Below are positions 38,091-49,556 of a stretch of DNA of 64,000 bases, piece by piece (position 1 is the first letter of the stretch; each line of letters begins with the position of its first letter). The position numbers were made by a program, and so were the translations under genes. The notes beneath the pieces are model-generated. The model was not told where the DNA came from. It worked only from the letters and a program-made list of their open reading frames with translations, and ran no database searches. Location of the stretch: assembly GCF_006345805.1 (NCBI RefSeq), contig NC_043025.1:12958001-13022000 (forward strand), given 5' to 3'. Source of the DNA: Octopus sinensis (Eukaryota).

Positions 38091-39591
38091 AAGAGATATA
38101 TATATATATATATATAGATATAGGTTGTTGTTGACTAATGACCACAATTGGTTCCAACTGACTGGTCCTAAGTCGAGTTGATCGTAAGTTTTCCTATAGG
38201 GCTGCATTTTCTTTCTTTTTTATTTATGCGCCCTTTTCAAGCCTAGCCAGGTTCACGGGCCTGGTTTCCCTGTTTGTATGGCATATGTGTTCCCCCCCAG
38301 CTGGACGGGTCGCCAGTCCATCGCAGCGTTACTCAAGAAACAGGAAGAAAGAGTGAGAGAAAGTTGGGGCGAAAGAGTACAACAGGGGTCGCCACCACCC
38401 CCTGTCGGAGCCTCGTGGAGCTTTAGGTGTTCTCGCTCGATAAACACACAACGCCCGGTCTAGGAATCAAAGCCGCGATCCTACAACTGCGAGTCCGCTA
38501 CCCTAACCACTGGGCCATTGCGCTTCCATAGGGTTGCATAGATTTGTTTTATATTTTTACATTCTTACGGTACATTCTCAGGTAAAAGTCACACACAGCA
38601 TTCTGTATTATATTATTATACTGGCATTGCGAAGACCTGTTGGGGCAAGTGAAATCGGAATCGAAATTGAACCAATCCTATGACTGGCACCCGGCAGATG
38701 CCAGGACCCCTGGACTGGAGATACGTAAAAAGCACTATCCGAATCGTGGCTGAAGCCAGTGCTGCCTCGACTGGCTTCTGTGCAGGTGGCACGTAAAATG
38801 CAATCCGACCGTGGCCGATGCCAGTGCCGCCTCGACTGGCTTCCGTGCAGGTGGCACGTAAAATGCACCAATCCGACTGTGGCCGATGCCAGCCTCGCCT
38901 GGCACCAGTGCAGGTGGCACGTAAAAAGCACCCACTACACTCACGGAGTGGTTGGCGTTAAGAAGGGCATCCAGCTGTAGAAACATAGCCAGATAAGACC
39001 GGAGCCTGGTGCAGCCTTCTGGCTTCCCAGATCCCCGGTCGAACCGTCCAACCCATGCTAGCATGGAGAACGGATGTTAAACGATGATAATGATGGTGAT
39101 TAGTAAAAAAAATTTGGAGTCTCAATCATTCGTCTTATAAACAAATATGAGGTTACCTCAATGTCTCCGCAACAGGATAGTCATCCAACACAGTGGCGGT
39201 CGATGATTAAACCTAGGGGGATTGTTTATTAGCTGACATCATCCACAGAATATAAACTTTTCTAAAAAAACTCTAAGAGTAAAAGACGTTTTATATGACA
39301 CATTCTACCTATCTATCCTAACAAACACACACCCTAACCAACCTGTCCTTATATACACACAAGTATACACACCCACTTACCTGTCCCAATTTGTAAAACG
39401 CCTTAGCGTTGTTCTTGTCAATTGCCAGTATACGGAGTTCGAAAGTGTTTAGTTACAAAACATTATTTTCTAAATCTGCCGGTCAAACGGTAAAGATCCG
39501 ATTTTCTTTTATCTCCTCTGTGTTGTATAATGTAGAGCTGTCTGTTAAGTTAGACACAAATAATCTCCATTTTTACTTCTTTTTCTTACAG

Positions 39592-39651
39592 TTTGGTACA
39601 GAATTCTTTAATGCCAAGAAAATTCGAAAGTCTTACAACAAATACCGTTTG
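39592..39651 (+). CDS. FKBP6: FKBP6 exon 7 (TPR1)
   Basis: ttacag| ... |gtaagt; FGTEFFNAKKIRKSYNKYRL. Confidence 0.88.
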
Positions 39652-39659
39652 GTAAGTAC

Positions 39660-40690
39660 TGTTCTGTTGTGAGGTGGTTCTGTTGTTGTTGTGGCATTGT
39701 GAGGTGGTCATCTTTTGGTCATGGTGTTGTTAGGCGGATGTTTTGTGGTGTTGGGAAGCAACTGTCTTGTGACTGGTGTTGTGAGGTCTGCTTATCCTGT
39801 TGTGAGGTGGTTCTGTTGTGGTTGTGGCATTGTGAAGTGACCATCTTTTGGTCATGGTGTTGTTAGGCGGATGTTTTGTGGTGTTGGGAAGCAACTGTCT
39901 TGTGACTGGTGTTGTGAGGTCTGCTTATCCTGTTGTGAGGTGGTTCTGTTGTGGTTGTGGCATTGTGAAGTGGCCATCTTTTGGTCATGGTGTTGGGAAG
40001 CAACTGTCTTGTGACTGGTGTTGTGAGGTCTGCTTATCCTGTTGTGAGGTGGTTCTGTTGTGGTTGTGGCATTGTGAAGTGACCATCTTTTGGTCATGGT
40101 GTTGTTAGGCGGATGTTTTGTGGTGTTGGGAAGCAACTGTCTTGTGACTGGTGTTGTGAGGTCTGCTTATCCTGTTGTGAGGTGGTTCTGTTGTGGTTGT
40201 GGCATTGTGAAGTAGCCATCTTTTGGTCATGGTGTTGTTAGGCGGATATTTTGTGGTGTTGGGAAGCAACTGTCTTGTGACTGGTGTTGTGAGGTCTGCT
40301 ATCCTGTTGTGAGGTGGTTCTGTTGTGGTTGTGGCATTGTGAAGTGACCATCTTTTGGTCATGGTGTTGTTAGGCGGATATTTTGTGGTGTTGGGAAGCA
40401 ACTGTTTTGTGACTGGTGTTGTGAGGTCTGCTTATCCTGTTGTGAGGTGGTTCTGTTGTGGTTGTGGCATTGTGAAGTGGCCATCTTTTGGTCATGGTGT
40501 TGTTAGGCGGATGTTTTGTGGTGTTGTGAGGTGGTTCTGTTGTGGTTGTGGCATTGTGAGGTGGTCATTTTTTGGTCATGGTATTGTTAGGCGGATGTTT
40601 TGTGGTGTTGGGAAGCAACTGTCTTGTAATTGTGATTGTGGTGTTGTGAGGTCGTCTGCTTGTTATCGTGTTGTTAGGTGGTTCTGTTGT
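39660..40690. repeat. GT-rich composite tandem repeat (~105-125-bp unit)
   Basis: gtgaggtggttctgttgtggttgtggcattgtgaagt..ggtgttgggaagcaactgtcttgtgactgg, repeated ~8 times and filling FKBP6 intron 7. Confidence 0.88.
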
Positions 40691-40730
40691 CTCCCCTAGC
40701 TAATCCTTCCTTCTGCTGTTCCCATTGCAG

Positions 40731-40928
40731 GCCCTTCTGGTACTCGACGAGTATGTGACGTGCAACAGTGAAGAGGAACGTCAGATCCAAGGGTTACGCC
40801 TTTTGGTTCTCCTAAACATGGCCCTCTGTTGTCTCCGTCTCAACAATGCCACCAAGGCCATCACATACTGCCAGAAAGCTCTGGCAATTGACAAGAACAA
40901 CGCTAAGGCGTTTTACAGATTGGGACAG
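40731..40928 (+). CDS. FKBP6: FKBP6 exon 8 (TPR2-3)
   Basis: ttgcag| ... |gtaagt; ALLVLDEYVTCNSEEERQIQGLRLLVLLNMALCCLRLNNATKAITYCQKALAIDKNNAKAFYRLGQ. Confidence 0.95.
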
Positions 40929-41725
40929 GTAAGTGTGTATATTTGTGTGTAGGGTGTGTATATTTGTGGTTAGGGTGTGTGTTTGTTAGGGTAGATAGGC
41001 AGGAGCATGAGGGTCTCAGCTAATCTTCATCTCAATCAAAGGAGAGGGGCTTTCTCCGTCCGGGTTGCGGATCCGTGGGATAAGCTGCCGGACGAGATGG
41101 TGAAGATGCCGACGACCGCTCGGTTCAAAGTCTCTCTTGACCAGAAATGGCCTGAACTCTTTACATGAACACCCTCCCTGTACATAACTCCATGTCACCC
41201 TACATGGCCTTGCTTTTTGCTTTTTGAGCCAAAAAATTAAGTTAACTTAATACGACCAATGAAACAGCTTGCTCGTGAAATTAGCATCCAAGTGGCTGAG
41301 TACTCCACAGACATGTGTACCCTTAACGTATTTCTCAGGGAGATTCAGTATGACACAGAATGTGACGAGGTTGACCCTTTCAAATACAGGTACTACTCAT
41401 TTTTGTCAGCTGAGTGGACTGGAGCAACGTGAAATAAAGTGTCTTGCTCAAGGACACGTGTCGCTGGGATTTGAACTCACGACCTTACAATAGTGAGCCG
41501 GATGCCCTAACCACTAAGCCATGCGCCTTCACTAGGATAGTTAGGTGCATGTGTGTATATTATGACGATGATGTGTGTATCATCATCATCTGTTTTCTGG
41601 ATTGGATGGTTTGATTGGAGCTGGAAATGGGTGGTGTTTTAAGTACCACTAGTATGGGTGCTAGTTACATGACACCAGCACCAGCCACAACTAGGATTTA
41701 ACTTGGCGTTTTGCTCGTGTATATA

Positions 41726-41756
<31 letters not shown>

Positions 41757-42194
41757 TCATCATCGTTTAACGTCCGCTTTCCATGCTAGCATTGGTTGGA
41801 CGGTTCAACTGTCTGGGAAGCCAGGAGGCTGCACCAGGCTCCAGTCTGATCTGGCAGTGTTTCTACAGCTGGATGCCCTTCCTAACGCCAACCACTCTGT
41901 GAGTGTAGTGGGTGCTTTTTACGTGCCACCGGCACAGGTGCCAGACGAGGCTGGCAAATGGTCACGATCGGATGGTGCTTTTTACATGCCACCTGCACTG
42001 GTATCAGATTTTGATTTTGATATATATATATATTTGGACATGTATGCATATACAGATGTATTTGTGTATGTGTATTAAACTAATGAATGTGTGTTTTGAG
42101 ATTTAGCTGCTATGTCTAGAAGGTTAAGTGATCACCTGCCTCAGGGTGTTATTGTTGTTGTTAATGATGTCTGTCTGTTTGTCTCCTTCTGCAG

Positions 42195-42304
42195 GCATAC
42201 CAGATGCTGGGCAAATACGACGAGGCAGTCACCAACCTGAAGCTGGCTCAGAAGTTGCGGCCAACAGATCCGAATGTTTCACAACAACTGCAGAAACTGC
42301 ACAG
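42195..42304 (+). CDS. FKBP6: FKBP6 exon 9 (TPR3)
   Basis: ctgcag| ... |gtgagt; AYQMLGKYDEAVTNLKLAQKLRPTDPNVSQQLQKLH. Confidence 0.93.
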
Positions 42305-42962
42305 GTGAGTTAGGAGGGACCAGGGTTGGCACAGGTGGGCCGAGGTAGGTTGGAGGGACCAGGGGTGGTGCAAGTGGGCCGAGATAGGGTGAAGGGACCA
42401 GGGTTGGCACAGGTGGGCTGAGGGAGGTTGGAGGGACCAGGGTTGGCATGAGTGGGCCGAGGTAGGTTGGAGGGACCAGGGTTGGCACAAGTGGGCTGAG
42501 GTAGGTTGGAGGGACCAGGGTTGGCATGAGTGGGCCGAGGTAGGTTGGAGGGACCAGGGTTGGCACAAGTTGGCCGAGGGAGGTTGGAGGGACCAGGGTT
42601 GGCACAAGTGGGATGAGGTAGGTTGGAGGGACCGGAGTTGGCACAAGTGGGATGAAGTAGGTTGGAGGGACCGGGGTTGGCACAAGTGGGATGAAGTAGG
42701 TTGGAGGGACCGGGGTTGGCACAAGTGGGATGAAGTAGGTTGGAGGGACCGGGGTTGGCACAAGTGGGCTGAGGTACGTTGGAGGGACCAAGGGTGGTGC
42801 AAGTGGGCTGAGGTAGGTTGGAGGGACCAGGGTTGGCAGAAGTGGGCTGAGGTAGGTTGGAGGGACCTGAGTTGACACAAGTGGGATGGAGTACGTTGGA
42901 GGGACCGGGGTTGGCACAAGTGGGATGAGGTAGGTTGGTGGGACTGGGGGTGGTGCAAGTGG
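42305..42962. repeat. 39-bp G-rich tandem repeat starting at the exon 9 donor
   Basis: gaggtaggttggagggaccagggttggcacaagtgggct, ~17 units. Confidence 0.9.
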
Positions 42963-43158
42963 GGTAAAATAAGCTGGACTCTTCGGGATTGGGTGGGTGG
43001 ACTGACCATCCTGTTATTTTATCAAGCAATTAAACCTGCTATGTCCAGTCACGATATTCTATTTGCTTTAAATGTTCAAACCTATTATACTCGAGGATTT
43101 CCTGTACCCTCACACTCACTCACTCACTCTCTCTCTCTCTCTTTCTCTCTTCCCTCAG

Positions 43159-43244
43159 TGATGTCCTCCAATACAAAGAAGACGAGAAAGCAATGTACAA
43201 GAAAATGTTTTGCCAAACCACAAAGAAATCACAGTCATCTTTAT
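43159..43244 (+). CDS. FKBP6: FKBP6 exon 10
   Basis: cctcag| ... |gtaagt; (S)DVLQYKEDEKAMYKKMFCQTTKKSQSSL, with the MYKKMF motif typical after FKBP-TPR domains. Confidence 0.9.
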
Positions 43245-43388
43245 GTAAGTACGAGCAAATCGACCCCCAGGACTTATTCTTTTGTAAGCCTAGTACTTAT
43301 TCTATTGGTCTCTTTTACTGAACCACTAAGTTACGGGGACGTGAACACATTAGCATTGGCTGTCAAGCGATGTTGGGGAGACAGACAC

Positions 43389-43423
<35 letters not shown>

Positions 43424-44550
43424 CGACAGGCTTCTTTCAGTTTCCGTCTATCAAATCCTCTCACAAGTCTTCGGTTGGCCCAAGAAATCCACTCGCAAGG
43501 CTTTGGTCGGCCCGAGGCTATAGTAGAAGACAGTTGCCCAAGGTACCATGCAGTGGGACTGAACCCAGAACCATGTGGTTGGTAAGCAAGCTACTTACCA
43601 CACAGCCACTCTTGAATGGCCTTCTTTCATGTTCCATCTACCAAATCCTCTCGTAAGGATTTTGGTTGGCCCAAGGAGCCACACAGTAAAACTGAACCTG
43701 GGACCATATGGTTGGGAAGCAAGCTTCTTACCACACAGCCATGCTTATACATATACACACACACACATACCCTGTTCAACATCCTGCCAAACTACTTCAT
43801 AGATTTGCGAGGGGTGGATGTGGAGGTCTTCAATGAATGTCAAGACCCAATTTTTCTCTGGGGTAGTAAACAAACCCACACCGTGGCAGGCGGCACAAAG
43901 AGCAGCAGCTCTATCCAACCCACTAGTTGGCAAAGAAGCCCGAAATTTATTAAAAGGCAGTGCTCCAGCGTGGCCTTGGCCCCTGACAAATTAGTTAAAG
44001 ATCATCATCATCATCATTGTTTAACGTCCGCTTTCCATGCTGGCATGGGTTGGACGGTTCAACTGGGGTCTGGGAAGCCAGGAGGCTGCACCAGGCCCCG
44101 GTCTTATCTGGCAATGTTTCTACAGCTGGATGCCCTTCCTAACGCCAACCACTCCAAGAGTGTAGTGGGTACTTTTTACGTGCCATCTGCACTGGTGCCA
44201 GGCGAGGCTGGCATCGGCCACGGTCGGATTGGTGCATTTTACGTGTCGTCTGCACGGAAGCCAGTCGAGGCGGCACTGGCTTCGGCCACGATTCGGATAG
44301 TGCTTTTTACGTGCCACCGACACGGAAGCCCGTCGAGGCGGCGCTAAGGACTTAGTTTTGTTGTGAAACTATTTTTTGGATATATTCTGTATTCTTTGTC
44401 ATATGGCACCAGTGTCAGACTGGATGGTCACATCTGGAACATTTTTGTTATAGGTCCACTAGATCGGCTAAATGACAATACAAACAACAGCAACATATTT
44501 TTTATTCATTTCTAAGATTTTTGTCTCCTTTTTTTGTTTCTCTTGTGCAG

Positions 44551-44644
44551 TTCCTTCGAATCGGGAGAACATGGTTCAGGAATCGGACGAGAAAGTTGTC
44601 GAAGTTTCTGAAGAATTTAAAGAAAACGTCAACAAGTACCTTAA
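44551..44644 (+). CDS. FKBP6: FKBP6 exon 11
   Basis: gtgcag| ... |gtgagt; phase-compatible; (F)PSNRENMVQESDEKVVEVSEEFKENVNKYL. Confidence 0.82.
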
Positions 44645-45014
44645 GTGAGTGTCCTGTCGTTTACATTGAGGGTCATCATCATCATCATCATCATCATCAC
44701 CATCATAATCACTATCACCGTCATCATCATCACCACCGCCTGTGCCTCCAATAGAAAGGATTATTATTATTAAGGCAGTGAGCTGGCAGAATTGTTAGCA
44801 TGTTGGGAAAACTACTCAGTGGCATTTTGTCCCTCTTTGTTCTGAGTTCAAATCCCGCCAAAGTCAACTTAGCCTTTCATCCTTTTGGGGTCAGTAAGTT
44901 AAGTACTAGTCAAATACTGGGGTATCAGTGTTATTGGCTTACCCCCCCCTCCCACGCAATTACTGGCTTTGTGCCAAAATGTGGAACGAATATTATTGAG
45001 GTTTTGCCTGTAAT

Positions 45015-45545
45015 TGAAAAAAGGTATTATAAAAGGAGAAAGGGGCTCTCTACCCCCCTTTTGACTAGGTTCCCGTGGCTTAAGTACCTTAAGTGAGTGT
45101 CTTGTCGTTTACATTGAGGGTCATCATTATTTAACCCTTTAGCATTCAGATTACCGTAAATCCTCAAGTATAGCCCGCCCTTGTGTATAATACGCAGGGG
45201 ATTTTTAGGGGGCTGTACCTCTGAAAAACCTAAACCTTGTGTATAATACGCACCCCTTCTCTAACTAGAGTAGAAGGTTTTTATAACATCCTTGGTTTGT
45301 AAAAATGTATACGCTAACGTCCTTTATTATTATTGTATATGGGTTTTTCTATGTGAGACCTTTCCTTTTTTCGAAGCGTCTCCTCTATTGGGAGTTTTGT
45401 AAATTGTTGAATTTTTTCGTTGTTGTAAAGCTTGTTTACATGGCCCTTTTTTCTTTCGAAAAACGGACAAAACCTTTTTGTCCCTTTATGTTTTCCGATC
45501 ATGTTTGTCACCCCTTGTGGCCAATAAAAAGAATTAATTATTATT
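45015..45545 (+). mobile_element. 3'-UTR fragment of a related Tx1-like LINE in FKBP6 intron 11, interrupted at ~45081-45335
   Basis: 45015-45080 and 45340-45545 match the 3' UTR of the 53-kb LINE (aaaaggagaa...ctctctac, gtctcc...ttgggagtttt, aaacggacaaaacc, ccttgtggccaataaaaagaatt + (att)n). Confidence 0.8.
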
Positions 45546-45571
45546 ATCATTATTTATTTTTGCTATTGCAG

Positions 45572-45698
45572 GAACTTCCTCTCAGACAATTGCCGGAGTG
45601 AGTGTCCAATGCCAGCCTCCAGTATGACCGTGGCCGAGATAGCCTATGTCCTCGAAATGGTTGACGATATGAAACTCACAGCTGTACAGACTGGTTCG
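45572..45698 (+). CDS. FKBP6: FKBP6 exon 12 (R3H-like module)
   Basis: ttgcag| ... |gtgagt; (K)NFLSDNCRSECPMPASSMTVAEIAYVLEMVDDMKLTAVQTGS. Confidence 0.82.
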
Positions 45699-47143
45699 GT
45701 GAGTTTGGTTGGCTTCTTGGATATCGTGGCACCAGTGGCGCCACCATCCTCATCTCTAGATCCTTCCTGTCACATACTCTTTTACTTGTTTCAGTCACTT
45801 GACTGCGGCCATGCTGGAGCACCGCCTTTAGTCGAGCCAATCGACTCCCATGACTTATTCTTTGTAAGCCTAGTACTTATTCTATCAGTCTCTTTTGCTG
45901 AACTGTTAAGTAACGGGGTGTAAACACACCAGCATCAGTTGTCAAGCAATACTAGGGGGACAAACACAGACACACAAACATATATACACACATATATATA
46001 CATATATGTATACATATATATGACAGGCTTTCAGTTTCCGTCTACCAAATCCACTCACAAGGCTTTGGTCGGCCCGAAGCTATAGTTAATTTACGGGGAT
46101 GTAAACACACAACATTGGTTGTCAAGCGATGGTGGGTGGGTGGGACACAAACATATACACACACATACATACATACATACATATATATACACACACACAT
46201 ACATATATATATATATACACACATACATATACATATATGTATACATATATATGACAGGCTTTCAGTTTCCGTCTACCAAATCCACTCACAAGGCTTTGGT
46301 CGGCCCGAAGCTATAGTTAAGTTACGGGGATGTAAACACACCAACATTGGTTGTCAAGCGATGGTGGGTGGGTGGGACACAAACATATACACACACATAC
46401 ATACATACATACATATATATACACACACACATACATATATATATATATACACACATACACACACACACACACATATACGATGGGCTTCTTTCAGTTTCCG
46501 TCTATCAAATCCATTCACAATGCTTTGGTCAGCCTGCGGTGCCGCGCAGTGGGACTGAATCCGGGGAACCATGTGGTTGGTAAGCAAGCTACTTACCACA
46601 CAGCCACTCCTGCGCCTTAATTAAACAATTTAATAAAATACTTAAGTCATTAATTAATTTGGAGCTTAGAACATAAATTAACATGATTTTACGAGGGAGT
46701 ATTTTAATTGCAATCATTTTTAAGCAGGAAATTTGTATCATGGAAACGATGGCAGATTTTGTATCAAAAGGAGTGTTGGTCATAAGTGGCTCCCAAGTTA
46801 GTTTTATGTTACTTGATTGGGAGTACAGCCTCAGTCTAGTTTCTGTGGAAACTCACTTGATTTACTCCCCAACCCCACACCACTTAGTGTTTAACTTCAC
46901 TCAAGATAGTCTACAGCTCCACTCCAGTTGATTCACAGCTCCACTCGGAATACATCCTCAGTTTGATTTCTGTTCAATCTCACTTGATTTACTTCTCACC
47001 CCCACTCCGCTTCGTGTTTAACCTCACTCAAGATAGTCTACGGCTCCACTCCAGTTGCTTCCGCAGCACCACCACTCATGTGACTCTCCAGCTTCACTCC
47101 ACCGATGTCTCTCCCCTAACCCCCTCTATTCGTCTATTTTCAG

Positions 47144-47233
47144 GGTGAGAACATCCAGATCGAAATCCGTAAGAACCGCAACAACACGAGCAACAACAGG
47201 AGAGTGAAGAAGCGTGAAACGGTGTGGCGGTGA
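47144..47233 (+). CDS. FKBP6: FKBP6 exon 13, last coding exon
   Basis: tttcag|GGTGAG; GENIQIEIRKNRNNTSNNRRVKKRETVWR*. The 13 exons sum to 1407 nt (468 aa plus stop) with no internal stop. Confidence 0.8.
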   Translation, partial: GENIQIEIRKNRNNTSNNRRVKKRETVWR

Positions 47234-47489
47234 ATTGTTACGAGGTAGGAGACGCACAGACAGACAACTGTGATTACACATCTCCACACATACATGCTTA
47301 AATATGCATACACACACTGTGTGTGTGTGTATATATTCACATACATACTCGTATATATGTATAAAATTAATACACAGCTGAAAGATATACAGAATAGTTT
47401 CATGCTATTATGGTACTGTATATGGATTTACAGATTATGCCGTTTGTGTTAAAGCTATCTTTCAGGTGCTGTTTATGAATTATAAGATA

Positions 47490-48268
47490 CTAGCAGTATC
47501 GCCCGGCGTTGCTCGGGTTTGTAAGGGAAATAACTATATAAGCATTTTTAGAGCAAAAAAATGGAAAAAAATGATGGTAAATTTTTTTTTTTAAAATTGT
47601 AGGTTCATTGTAGACACTTTTAGAGAATTACTTCCCTTATATAATAGCAAAAAAAAATGCATTAAAAATGGAAAAGAATGATGGTAAATTTTTTTTTTTA
47701 ATTGTAGACTCATCGTAGACATTTTTAGAAAGTTACTTCCCTTACATAATAGCAAAAAAATGCATTAAAAATGGAAAAGAATGATGGTAAATTTTTTTTT
47801 TTAATTGTAGACTCATCTTAGACATTTTTAGAAAGTTACTTCCCTTACATAATAGCAAAAAAATGCATTAAAAATGGAAAAGAATGATGGTAAATTTTTT
47901 TTTTTAATTGTAGACTCATCGTAGACATTTTTAGAAAGTTACTTCCCTTATATAATAGCAAAAAAAAATGCATTAAGAATGGAAAAAAATGATGGTAAAT
48001 TTTTTTTTTTAATTGTAGACTCATCGTAGACATTTTTAGAAAGTTACTTCCCTTATATAATAGCAAAAAAAAATTGCATTAAAAATGGAAAAAAAATTAT
48101 GGTAAATTTTTTTTTAAATCGTAGATTCATCGTAGACGCGCGCTAATACCCAGAAGGGCTCGATATGAATCACGACTATAAGATACCTGAATTTGGTTAC
48201 ACTGCACCGCTAAATGTGGGAGTAGTTAGGAATCTAAATCAGAGGAGACGGAGTCTCACACAACTACA

Positions 48269-48280
<12 letters not shown>
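47490..48280 (-). mobile_element. Non-autonomous Helitron-like element, family 1 (~6 internal ~108-bp units)
   Basis: Same termini, with tandem gtagactcatcgtagacatttttag... units. Confidence 0.72.
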
Positions 48281-48305
<25 letters not shown>

Positions 48306-48652
48306 CTCTTTCTTTCGGAGAGGCACTGAGCAGTTATACGCACACGGCAGTAACTTCCACCTACCGAATTCAAATACAAAGCTTCGGTCGACTCGGGGTT
48401 ATAGTGGAAGACACCTACTCAAAGTGTCACGCAGTGGGACCGTATATATATATATATATATATAAACTTGGAGAAGAGAAATAACGTGTGCGTTCAGTCA
48501 TATAGTAATATAATAAATAAATAAAATATATACATACATATGTGTACATACTTACATCTACATGTATATATATATATATGAGTTATATATATATATGCAT
48601 GTATATATACATGTAGATGTAAGTATGTACATGTATGTATGTATGCATATAT

Positions 48653-48689
<37 letters not shown>

Positions 48690-49248
48690 GCACAACATAC
48701 ACACAGACACACACATGATAAATAAATATATATATATTTATATATAAAACTTTGATAGGTTTTGGCCAGTATAGGCCCAGATCATGTGTAACTTAATAGC
48801 ACTACCTCTGTTTATTTATATATCTATCTCTATATATATGAATATGTATGTATGTTTGTGAATATGTATATATTTATGTGTATGTGTGTATTAATATATG
48901 TATGTGTATATATATTATATATATATATATATTACACACACATACATATAAATAAACATAAAGATCTTTTACGCATTCCATTTTATAAATACTGTTATAT
49001 ATATATGTGTGTATATATATATAATTTTTTTTGTATTTTATGTATTTTTTATTTTGTGTTTGTATATATATATATTTTTACATATTCATGAAAAATAAGA
49101 AAATGAAAGTAAATCATTCAATAAGTATCTTTATTCACTGCAAAGATAAGCATTAATCTCTTACAGCTGTTTCGATGTTTACTTTAAGGATTGCAATTAA
49201 CTATTATTCATGAGTATTAGTAATTCATTGGATATTACTATCCCTTAA

Positions 49249-49437
49249 CCCTTTCATTACTGTATTTATTTTCATATGCTCTGTGTTTCTTTCAATTAAT
49301 TTTAAATATAACAAAAAAATTAGTAAAATAACTTAGTTATCATTCAGCTAGTGTTAGGAACATAGGATTTTAACTGAAAACTTAAGAAAACATGACATTT
49401 TTTACTAAAGAGCCAGAGCAGGTTTGTAACGAAAGGG
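49249..49437. mobile_element. piggyBac-like MITE
   Basis: TTAA flanks (49245-49248 and 49438-49441) and TIRs ccctttc(a/g)ttac / gtaacgaaaggg; partial copy at 28008-28085. Confidence 0.75.
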
Positions 49438-49523
49438 TTAACGAGGCTCATGTAACCTCTAATTGAACTTACCTCTCTAAATATGAATCTATGTATATAT
49501 ATATGCATCTATCCATATATATA

Positions 49524-49556
<33 letters not shown>

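Noticed and set aside
42248-43029. 212-253-aa repetitive ORFs on the minus strand
   Set aside because: A 39-bp repeat lacking stop codons, antisense to a FKBP6 intron, with no start or splice context.
49150-49470. GAAACAGCTGTA (minus strand) with a long hairpin interrupted by a MITE
   Set aside because: No CUGANGA core could be recovered after removing the MITE; counted only as a relic.
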